Positions 26,821-33,694 of a DNA stretch of 48,193 nt are shown one piece after another. Source of the stretch: a virus. Positions within the stretch are counted from its first letter, which is position 1. Each line of letters begins with the position of its first letter. The position numbers and the translations under genes are program-made. The notes under the pieces were generated by a model. It was not told the DNA's origin. It saw nothing but the letters and a program-made list of their open reading frames with translations, and made no database searches. The DNA lies in the IMG/VR virus record IMGVR_UViG_3300048918_000310, positions 1 to 48,193 of that record; one strand, written 5' to 3'.

Positions 26821-28200
26821 TTATCCAGCGAACGATGTTTTGAGCCCCTTTACTTTGTTATGCTCTCGTTTATCGTTATCCACATCGTATATCTTCCTCA
26901 CCATGGCGCCCGAGGTATGGGAGTTGTGTTCGGCGGCTGCCATCACAGGGTCAAAGGATAGTTCCGCCTTCAGTTTCTCCAACTCATTTATAACCTCAGT
27001 TGTGTGCAGGTGCTTCAGGTCGTATTGTCGTGAGTCTATTCCGAGTTTCTTTTTTATGTGTACCCGCCACCTACGGCCTACCTGTTCCGGGCGAATAGGT
27101 TTTGGTCCAGGTAAAAGACCTTTGCTGAATACATAGTCATCAGGACCGCAACCGGCCATAATTTCAACCCAATAGGGAAGTGCTACGTCCTTAATGGTTT
27201 TCCAAACCCACACCCATTTCTTTCTTTTTTTGATAAGCACTTTGAACCGCTGGCCGGCCAGGTCCACGTTTTTGCCCTGGACCTTCATGATCTCTTTAAT
27301 GCGGGCCCCCGAGTGGTAGAATATGTTTAGGTATCGTAGGTAGTCGGGGAAGTCGACTATCAGGCTTAAATGTATTTTACGGCGCTCTTCCGGGGTGAGC
27401 ACTTTTCTTTTCACCTGGTCGGGATCTTCTATTGAAGTATCTTTTTTGGAAATCTTTTTGATCGGGTTATATTCTACGATCTCCTGGCGATCCAGTTCGC
27501 TGTAAAGAATGCTGAGGTATTTCTTAAAATTATTAAATTCGTTTTCGTTCCATACTTTCGGGGATACGATTTCGATTTTAACCGGCACCATTTTGCCATT
27601 TACGCAATGCTTTTCTGTCCGCAATTTGCCGGCCACTTCAACCCTTTTGTTTTTAGTCCTGGTAACTGTTAAGTTCTTGCAATTGTCCAGGATTAGCTTT
27701 ATGTCTCTGGCTTTAATTTGAGCCAGGGGTACAGTGTTTTTCTTTAAGAGAATCGCGGATTGTTCTACAAATCTTAATACTTTTTCTATACAACGGCTGG
27801 TATCCCGCTCAAAGGTAAGTTCACTGTATATTGTTTTCAGTGCCTGGATAAATGGGGTGGTGGGCGAAAGGTCTTGTTTGGCGGCATCCAAAACTACCGG
27901 CTCGGGAGGTGCCATATATGCCCCGGTAATCGGGTTGTAGCCCTTCGCGTCGATCTTGTTTTTTTCCCGGTCAATAAAGGCCCTGGTGATTGCCTGACGC
28001 TCTTCAAGCCCGGCAACATGATTCATGCCCAGGATCTTTATTTGTTTCCCTTTTTTTAGTTTGGGATTATTGGCGAATGCAGGATCATAAAAGCGGTAAT
28101 TGATCCGCCAAGGTTTTACAGTACTGGCTTTTTTAGTATTCCAGTTTGCTGGCTTCACCGTGATCTCTGAACGGTAACAGCCATTGAATGTAGTAATCAT
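26821..28200 (-). CDS. int: Tyrosine recombinase (phage integrase)
   Basis: 459 aa. The C-terminal catalytic region has HSGARIKE, DLKHLHTT and HNSHTSGAMVRKIY (Tyr nucleophile context). It is adjacent to a tRNA-fragment attP. Confidence 0.9.
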   Translation of the reverse strand: MITTFNGCYRSEITVKPANWNTKKASTVKPWRINYRFYDPAFANNPKLKKGKQIKILGMNHVAGLEERQAITRAFIDREKNKIDAKGYNPITGAYMAPPEPVVLDAAKQDLSPTTPFIQALKTIYSELTFERDTSRCIEKVLRFVEQSAILLKKNTVPLAQIKARDIKLILDNCKNLTVTRTKNKRVEVAGKLRTEKHCVNGKMVPVKIEIVSPKVWNENEFNNFKKYLSILYSELDRQEIVEYNPIKKISKKDTSIEDPDQVKRKVLTPEERRKIHLSLIVDFPDYLRYLNIFYHSGARIKEIMKVQGKNVDLAGQRFKVLIKKRKKWVWVWKTIKDVALPYWVEIMAGCGPDDYVFSKGLLPGPKPIRPEQVGRRWRVHIKKKLGIDSRQYDLKHLHTTEVINELEKLKAELSFDPVMAAAEHNSHTSGAMVRKIYDVDNDKREHNKVKGLKTSFAG

Positions 28201-28218
28201 TTACAGCAGTTTTAAAAA

Positions 28219-28238
28219 GTGTGACCGAATGTGTGACC
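28219..28238. promoter_or_regulatory. Two direct gtgtgacc repeats (arm-type integrase site candidates, int-proximal arm)
   Basis: gtgtgacc at 28219-28226 and 28231-28238. Confidence 0.45.
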
Positions 28239-28265
28239 ACTTTAAACTGCCGTAAGGCAAAGGCG

Positions 28266-28307
28266 AAAAAAAAGATAACAGATATAGTTGCGTTTCAATC
28301 TGTTATC
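28266..28307 (-). terminator. Terminator that would follow the reconstituted tRNA 3' end
   Basis: Inverted repeat gataacagat / atctgttatc (28274-28283 / 28298-28307), followed on the minus strand by T8. Confidence 0.55.
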
Positions 28308-28310
28308 GTT

Positions 28311-28354
28311 GAGCGGAAGACGAGATTCGAACTCGCGACCTGAGGCTTGGGAAG
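28311..28354 (-). other. attP core candidate: the 3' portion of a tRNA-Gly(CCC), from anticodon loop to discriminator. Not a complete tRNA.
   Basis: Minus strand reads cttcccaagcctcaggtcgcgagttcgaatctcgtcttccgctc. This gives a T-arm gcgag-ttcgaat-ctcgt and an acceptor 3' strand cttccgc. No matching 5' acceptor strand was found nearby. Confidence 0.65.
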
Positions 28355-28445
28355 ATTATACCCTTGCATACTCATTTCATTAAGTAATTGCCTTACAGCA
28401 GATTTAAATATTATTATTAAAGTTTATTTTGGTCGATTCTTCGCG

Positions 28446-28469
28446 CAGTGTGACCGGCAGTGTGACCGG
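28446..28469. promoter_or_regulatory. Perfect tandem 12-bp repeat cagtgtgaccgg x2 (arm-type site candidates, distal arm)
   Basis: Read directly. It has the same gtgtgacc core and orientation as 28219-28238. Confidence 0.45.
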
Positions 28470-28490
28470 ACTGTTGAGGCAGTTATAGGT

Positions 28491-28679
28491 TTATTGTTTA
28501 GTGCATGTCCAACCGTTCTGCGTTTCAATTTTTTTAATGTCATTTTCTGTTTTGCCACATTGTTGTGGTACGTCATCTCCATTATTTACAGTATGGCAAA
28601 CCCAACAGTAATCTTTATTTTTTTTGCAGGATATCAATGAAGAACTGATGATCAGTATAAAAGCAATTCTTTTTATCAT
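28491..28679 (-). CDS. Small Cys-rich lipoprotein (62 aa)
   Basis: Signal peptide with the lipobox-like LISC. The mature part contains a CWVC motif and further Cys residues. Confidence 0.6.
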   Translation of the reverse strand: MIKRIAFILIISSSLISCKKNKDYCWVCHTVNNGDDVPQQCGKTENDIKKIETQNGWTCTKQ

Positions 28680-28689
28680 ATGGTTTGTA

Positions 28690-29178
28690 TTAAAGCCTGG
28701 TCAGAAGTGTTTTGCAAAGATTTGTAATTGCACTTTTATTTTTTGAGCTTGGCTCGAATAATATATCGTTAACCTTAATAGCAACTATTTCGGTAGATGA
28801 AATGTCTTTAAAATCTTCCTCTGAAATGATATAAGTCGAAGATGTATAAAATTTGGATCCGATTGGCATGTCTGCGTTGCCAAACCACTGACCGCGAAAA
28901 ATACGGTCGTTTGCTCCCTTCAACATGCATTCTTTCACTATTGAATCTTTTAGTTGCAACTTTAAACCAGGCGTTGTTTGAATTAAGAAGGATATAAAAA
29001 AGGTTTTGGTAGTATCGCTAATTTTTGCAGAAACACCGGACTGAAGTACGTTAGTTATTGTTGCGTTGCCTATTGAAATGGTTCTCACCTTTGTAAAAGG
29101 ATCTTGTTTATCATATAAAACCTTCTGAGCTTGTATGATTGATGGGAGCATAACTAAAGCTATTAATAAACGATTCAT
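28690..29178 (-). CDS. Secreted protein (162 aa) with a Sec signal peptide
   Basis: MNRLLIALVMLPSIIQAQ-K. AT-rich gene. Confidence 0.6.
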   Translation of the reverse strand: MNRLLIALVMLPSIIQAQKVLYDKQDPFTKVRTISIGNATITNVLQSGVSAKISDTTKTFFISFLIQTTPGLKLQLKDSIVKECMLKGANDRIFRGQWFGNADMPIGSKFYTSSTYIISEEDFKDISSTEIVAIKVNDILFEPSSKNKSAITNLCKTLLTRL

Positions 29179-29317
29179 GGTTAAGTGTGAATAGGTGCCA
29201 AAGCTAACGCTGGCGGTTAATATATTGTTGTTATATTCGATGTGTGATTAGTTCCAATGTATACCAGCCTAAATATTACCCTTATCCATTCTTGGTATTT
29301 TTATTTATTTTAACGTG

Positions 29318-29518
29318 TTAGGACAGGTATTTAACAGATTTTAATGTAGTCGCAACGCAGCTATTCATTAAATTCATATACCCTTTTACGTTAACCCTAA
29401 AACCTGCTTTTCTATGTACCGACTTCATTCTGGATAGTATTTTGATTACTTTTGCGGCCTCATATAACCGGGTATCCCGGTCTATCATATTGGTTATTAT
29501 AGTCAACCTGCGGTTCAA
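29318..29518 (-). CDS. Hypothetical protein (66 aa, TTG start); may be the 3' part of a split gene
   Basis: Overlapping ORF with no canonical ATG. Confidence 0.3.
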   Translation of the reverse strand: MNRRLTIITNMIDRDTRLYEAAKVIKILSRMKSVHRKAGFRVNVKGYMNLMNSCVATTLKSVKYLS

Positions 29519-29681
29519 AACTGGTAATTTTTAACACAACGGGTTCTATAGTGGCGCCGATAAGGCGCGGCGTATAGTTACTGTTGTGTGGCATACCAGT
29601 GCCCGAACCGCGGTAATGAAGGCCGCGCTCTTTTTTGCCTTTTCTTATCCATTCAGACACCAGGTCCCGGCGTAAATACAT
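29460..29681 (-). CDS. Hypothetical protein (73 aa); may be the 5' part of a split gene
   Basis: ORF overlaps the next ORF by 59 nt in another frame. Confidence 0.3.
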   Translation of the reverse strand: MYLRRDLVSEWIRKGKKERGLHYRGSGTGMPHNSNYTPRLIGATIEPVVLKITSFEPQVDYNNQYDRPGYPVI

Positions 29682-29720
29682 TTTAAATTGCCATTGTCAT
29701 GAACTCAAAAATCTCATGCG

Positions 29721-30161
29721 TTAACTGTCCTCACTCCCAAGATTGCCCTGTAAATCATCTGCCTCAAGATTTGCGCCGACAAGCTTGCCCACTTTTTCCA
29801 TTGCTTTTAAAAACTTCTTTTGATCCCATTGAACCGTGTTCGACTCCATTATCTGGTATTGTCCATAACCCCGAATCTCAGCCCGGATATATGCCTGTCC
29901 ATTTTCTATCTTCTGTAACGCCTTGGATATTACCCTTAAACTAGCTGCTATATCATTATTCTCATAGGTTGAATTATTCAACTCTTTGGAATAAACAATT
30001 CTCAATTGATTATAAACCGTCTCCAAATCTTCTCCCTTGCTTAATAATTGAGTGAGGGTTTTTTCTGCATATCCAGCCCCGGACGATATTTCCTGCTGGG
30101 TCTTGCCAGTCTTTTTCTTTATATCCTTGATTAAGTCTTGAAGGTTTTTTTTAGATACCAT
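29721..30161 (-). CDS. CI-like repressor (N-terminal HTH, no S24 peptidase domain)
   Basis: KKTGKTQQEISSGAGYAEKTLTQLLSKGE HTH. Divergent from a Cro-like gene across an operator-rich spacer. Confidence 0.65.
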   Translation of the reverse strand: MVSKKNLQDLIKDIKKKTGKTQQEISSGAGYAEKTLTQLLSKGEDLETVYNQLRIVYSKELNNSTYENNDIAASLRVISKALQKIENGQAYIRAEIRGYGQYQIMESNTVQWDQKKFLKAMEKVGKLVGANLEADDLQGNLGSEDS

Positions 30162-30170
30162 CTAATTAAA

Positions 30171-30235
30171 AGGTTGAAATTTTCAATCTTTTCCAAATCA
30201 TTTAAAGGTTGATAAAAGGTTGAAATATTCAACCT
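30171..30235. promoter_or_regulatory. Operator set: aggttgaaattttcaatct (30171-30189), half-site aggttga (30206-30212) and the near-perfect palindrome aggttgaaatattcaacct (30217-30235)
   Basis: Read directly. A TAnnTTTG -7-like box (tatatttg, 30235-30242) abuts the last operator. Confidence 0.5.
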
Positions 30236-30281
30236 ATATTTGATTCATGAATGATTCACGAACGAATCAAAAGTAAATCAA

Positions 30282-30509
30282 ATGAACAATACAGCAGCAA
30301 ATAACACCACAGAATCAGTGCAACAGCTTTCATGGGAAGTTATTGGAGCTCTGGCCGATGCCTTTAATGTGGATTTTCAGACGATACCACGTTGGATAAA
30401 AAAGAATGATATCAGATTAACAAGTGAGCCTGCAAAAGCGGTTTTCGAGAGATATGGGCTTGCCTGGGATTCGCAAACTGCGACAGCAAATCAGTTGCAA
30501 AGCTTGTAA
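30282..30509 (+). CDS. Cro/excisionase-like small DNA-binding protein
   Basis: 75 aa, first rightward gene. ALADAFNVDFQTIPRWIKKN is HTH-like. Confidence 0.5.
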   Translation: MNNTAANNTTESVQQLSWEVIGALADAFNVDFQTIPRWIKKNDIRLTSEPAKAVFERYGLAWDSQTATANQLQSL

Positions 30510-30546
30510 AAATATTACACATCTGCAATACCCCTTCTCTTACACA

Positions 30547-30765
30547 ATGGCAAAGATCGATACAACCAAACAAATTATAAACGGACTTGACGAACTGGAA
30601 GCAGCAGCGCAGCTGATGGAAGATAAGGCTATCCAGTTAAAAGATATCTGTCGCAAGGCAAAGGCGACAATGGGGGAGGTGTCTACCTCTCCCATTAAAA
30701 AAGACCTTGACAAAATAGTTGCAGATGCCCTGGCCAAAAGTGCAGCCCGCAGAAAGAGAGCTTAA
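30547..30765 (+). CDS. Hypothetical helical protein (72 aa; start at MAKIDTT)
   Basis: The internal ATG avoids overlap with the previous gene. Confidence 0.4.
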   Translation: MAKIDTTKQIINGLDELEAAAQLMEDKAIQLKDICRKAKATMGEVSTSPIKKDLDKIVADALAKSAARRKRA

Positions 30766-31134
30766 CCGAATTGTTGAAAAACCGCCTAATCTACGCCCTA
30801 TGAAAATAAAGTGCTTACCAATGACCACAGAACAGGCAATTGCGGCCTGTAATCGAATTATGAAACTCTTAAATCGTTAATCGTGCAACTGATTAAAAAT
30901 CCCGAACAGACTTCTGAATTGCCAACTGAGGAAAATGAACCTGTAGAAAAAGAAGTCATCGAATCAACACCCTGCTTGTATGGTAACGAGCACGTTCATC
31001 CCGTTTTCCAAAAAATTTTACACGCATTTATAACGCATTAATTGGCGGTTTCATCAGGACAGCGCCTGCCAGGTAAATCCGTACCACCAGGCGCACTTTT
31101 AACCTCCTTTAAAAAACAACTAAATCAGGATATC

Positions 31135-31509
31135 ATGAACCCTACTTTCTACATCCATGTAGCGATTAGTACTGTCATTATCATCGTGTTTGCTTTACTA
31201 CTCGGTACTCATTCTTTCAAACGGAAGAAACGCCTCAGTTTAGCTTTTGAACAACCATCACCAATGTGGTACGCATCTGAGTGCTTCATGTTTCTGAAGG
31301 CGACCATCCTTACCTGCAATACTCCCGATGAACTTAAAAAATGCAGGGGACAGGTGGAAATATTTTACGACCGGGAGTTTCGTGCGCCCATTACAAAATG
31401 TGAACGTAAAAAATATTACTCAAGGTTGCTGAAAGCTATAGTCGCAAAAGAAGACTCGTGGAATGCAAAGGTGCTTGACCCAAGCACAGAAGCTTTCTAC
31501 CACATGTAA
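31135..31509 (+). CDS. Small membrane protein (124 aa; start at MNPTFYI)
   Basis: N-terminal TM (VAISTVIIIVFALLLG). Confidence 0.45.
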   Translation: MNPTFYIHVAISTVIIIVFALLLGTHSFKRKKRLSLAFEQPSPMWYASECFMFLKATILTCNTPDELKKCRGQVEIFYDREFRAPITKCERKKYYSRLLKAIVAKEDSWNAKVLDPSTEAFYHM

Positions 31510-31654
31510 TTACTAGTTAAAGGGTACGATCAATAATAACCGCCCTGTTTCCACAGGTCGGTTTCTTAAAAAGTTATTTAGGGTTATGGAGGGATCGCCG
31601 GTGGCGCCATGCTGCCGGCACTTTTTACCGGAATCAAAACTCAACAATAAAGAA

Positions 31655-32110
31655 ATGAAACAACTACAGATCAGCGACACGCTGGCCCGGAAACTCTATC
31701 CCGCTGCGGATAGTGAATTTAGACAATTGCTGGAAGAAAACTTTGGCAAACCGTTTTTCTACGGAAAAATCACCGACCGGATCAAAACCTTCAAGGACGC
31801 TTGCGAGGTGGTGGGCCTTCAACCGACTGAAATTACCTGCTCATATGACTCCGCAGATGATCAGGCGTATAAAAAATTAAAGGTAGTTATTGCTGCCCTT
31901 AATGAGGGTTGGACACCTGACTGGAAGAATGACGATCAACCCAAGTATTACCCCTGGTTTGATATGAGTAATGGCTTCCGTCTCGTCAGCGTGGGTTACA
32001 GCTGCGCCCTCTCGAACGTCGGCTCCCGCCTTTGCTTCAAATCGCGCGAACTGGCTCAATACGCGGCCACGCAATTTGCAGATCTGTACAAAGATTTTTT
32101 CACCCTCTAA
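31655..32110 (+). CDS. DGR target protein 1 (151 aa; start at MKQLQIS) carrying VR1 near the C-terminus
   Basis: Paralogue of target 2, sharing NEGW-PDW-DD-KYYPWFD...GFRL...VGSRLCFKSR. Contains VR1. Confidence 0.8.
   Translation: MKQLQISDTLARKLYPAADSEFRQLLEENFGKPFFYGKITDRIKTFKDACEVVGLQPTEITCSYDSADDQAYKKLKVVIAALNEGWTPDWKNDDQPKYYPWFDMSNGFRLVSVGYSCALSNVGSRLCFKSRELAQYAATQFADLYKDFFTL
31972..32033 (+). repeat. DGR variable repeat 1 (VR1)
   Basis: 62-bp alignment to the TR with 12 mismatches, all at TR adenines. Confidence 0.85.
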
Positions 32111-32125
32111 CCTTCACCATTGACA

Positions 32126-32500
32126 ATGGAACAAATTAAAACATTTGAAGACGCTTGCAAGGTTCTGAACCTTGACCCTGTAAAGGTATTGCCTGATGTA
32201 TCTGCTTTTCCTCCAACGCACCAGGCCGCTTTGACTGCAGCCGGTAAATTGTTCATCATCGCTGATGCACTGAATGAAGGTTGGAAACCTGATTGGAACG
32301 ATGACGATGAATATAAGTATTACCCCTGGTTCGATCTGGAGAAAGACAAGAATAACCCGTCTGGCTTCCGTCTCTTCGGCGTGTTTTGCAACTGCACCGA
32401 CTCGAGCGTCGGCTCCCGCCTTTGCTTCAAAAGCCGGGATATAGCCGAGTACGCAGGTACTCAGTTCGTTGATCTGTATCGTGACCTGATGGTCATATAA
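32126..32500 (+). CDS. DGR target protein 2 (124 aa from ATG 32126) carrying VR2
   Basis: Tandem paralogue of target 1. Contains VR2. Confidence 0.8.
   Translation: MEQIKTFEDACKVLNLDPVKVLPDVSAFPPTHQAALTAAGKLFIIADALNEGWKPDWNDDDEYKYYPWFDLEKDKNNPSGFRLFGVFCNCTDSSVGSRLCFKSRDIAEYAGTQFVDLYRDLMVI
32359..32423 (+). repeat. DGR variable repeat 2 (VR2)
   Basis: 65-bp alignment to the TR with 12 mismatches, all at TR adenines. Confidence 0.85.
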
Positions 32501-32541
32501 CATAAACTGGTTGTGCATTGCGCCGACTGCCGTTTGTCCGT

Positions 32542-32606
32542 GTCTGGCTTCCGTCTCAACAACGTGAATTACAACTACACCAACTCGAACGTCAGCTCCC
32601 ACCTTT
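32542..32606 (+). repeat. DGR template repeat (TR), non-coding, rich in AAC/AAT/TAC codons
   Basis: gtctggcttccgtctcaacaacgtgaattacaactacaccaactcgaacgtcagctcccaccttt. It lies between target 2 and the RT. Confidence 0.85.
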
Positions 32607-32707
32607 CCTAACATAGTGATGCAGACCATGGCTCTTGCCAAAAAATGATTCTTAAAAAACGGAGCGCTGGTACCTACGGGGAACGCGATCCGTCGAAGCA
32701 AAGGCAT

Positions 32708-33679
32708 ATGAAACGAATTAATAACCTGTACGAACAAATTATAAGCGTAGACAACCTGATGCTGGCCGACAAAAAGGCCCGTAAACGGAAGTCTGCCCAG
32801 TACGGTATACAGGTTCATGACCGCTATCGGGAAAAAAACATTGATAGGTTACACAATATGCTTTTGAACAAGACCTACCAAACATCACCCTACCACATAT
32901 TCAAGATTTACGAACCCAAAGAACGTGAAGTCTACCGCTTACCCTATTTCCCGGACCGGATTACGCACCATGCGATATTGAACGTATTGGAGCCCGTTTT
33001 TATGTCCGTATTCACCGCAGATACATATAGCTGCATAAAAAAAAGAGGCATTCACGGCGCGGCTAATGCGGTTAAAAAAGCATTGAAAGATCAGGAAGGG
33101 ACAAAATATTGCCTGAAACTGGACATTAAAAAATTCTACCCTTCTATAGATCACGATGTACTGAAAGCACTATTGCGCAGGAAATTCAAAGATCAGGATC
33201 TCCTGTGGCTAATGGATGAAATTATCGACAGTGCATCCGGCCTCCCCATTGGAAACTACCTGAGTCAGTACCTGGCCAATTATTACCTCTCGTTCTTCGA
33301 TCATTGGCTGAAAGAAGTAAAGCTGGTAAGGTATTATTTCCGCTATGCCGATGACCTGGTGATCCTGTCAGCTAACAAGGGCGACCTGCATAGATTGTTG
33401 AAGGATATTCAATGGTATCTGCAAAGTCATTTAAAACTCAGTATAAAAGGCAATTACCAGGTGTTTCCGGTTGCCTCCCGTAGCATTGACTTTGTTGGTT
33501 ATCGACTTTATCATACGCATACACTTTTGCGAAAATCGATCAAAAAACGCTTTGCCCGCAAAATGGCAAAGAGCCCTAACGGTAAAAGTCTTGCCTCCTA
33601 TTGGGGCTGGGCAAAACACTGTAATAGCAATCATTTACTCAATAAACTACTTAAAAAACCTGCAGGGGGTATAAGGTAA
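32708..33679 (+). CDS. DGR-type reverse transcriptase (start at MKRINNLYEQI)
   Basis: RT motifs: LDIKKFYPSIDH (A), GLPIGNYLSQYLANYYL (B, with the DGR-typical [ILV]GxxxSQ) and FRYADDLVIL (C, YADD). About 323 aa, typical of DGR RTs. Confidence 0.9.
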   Translation: MKRINNLYEQIISVDNLMLADKKARKRKSAQYGIQVHDRYREKNIDRLHNMLLNKTYQTSPYHIFKIYEPKEREVYRLPYFPDRITHHAILNVLEPVFMSVFTADTYSCIKKRGIHGAANAVKKALKDQEGTKYCLKLDIKKFYPSIDHDVLKALLRRKFKDQDLLWLMDEIIDSASGLPIGNYLSQYLANYYLSFFDHWLKEVKLVRYYFRYADDLVILSANKGDLHRLLKDIQWYLQSHLKLSIKGNYQVFPVASRSIDFVGYRLYHTHTLLRKSIKKRFARKMAKSPNGKSLASYWGWAKHCNSNHLLNKLLKKPAGGIR

Positions 33680-33694
33680 CCTGCAATACTTTTT

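Larger units (their letters stand above)
31655..33679 (+). mobile_element. Diversity-generating retroelement cassette: target1(VR1)-target2(VR2)-TR-RT
   Basis: See the component features below and finding 1. Confidence 0.85.

Noticed and set aside
26876-26884. Perfect DnaA box TTATCCACA inside the integrase gene
   Set aside because: A single 9-mer match on either strand of a 48-kb genome is expected by chance about one time in three, and there is no cluster of boxes.
26821-27000. Possible Arg-to-Lys substitution in the integrase box II motif (DLKHLHTT versus the usual LRH)
   Set aside because: It rests only on a by-eye motif alignment, so the true catalytic Arg could be elsewhere. Not reliable enough to report as a finding.
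28311-28400. A complete tRNA gene next to the integrase
   Set aside because: Only the 3' part (anticodon loop to acceptor 3' strand) is present. The anticodon-stem 5' strand does not pair (taatc where gaggc is needed), and no gcggaag 5' acceptor strand is found upstream. Interpreted as the attP core, not a tRNA gene.
28347-28640. 97-aa plus-strand ORF across the attP arm repeats
   Set aside because: It overlaps the tRNA fragment, the arm repeats and the antisense of the lipoprotein gene. Its composition is low-complexity. Likely non-coding.
29699-29944. 81-aa plus-strand ORF
   Set aside because: It lies entirely antisense within the CI-like repressor gene, which has a clear HTH.
32114-32818. 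234-aa minus-strand ORF covering VR2, the TR and the start of the RT
   Set aside because: It is antisense to two well-supported plus-strand genes and the TR. Its repetitive composition (EAKAGADxRVG repeats) simply mirrors the VR/TR repeats. Treated as an artefact.
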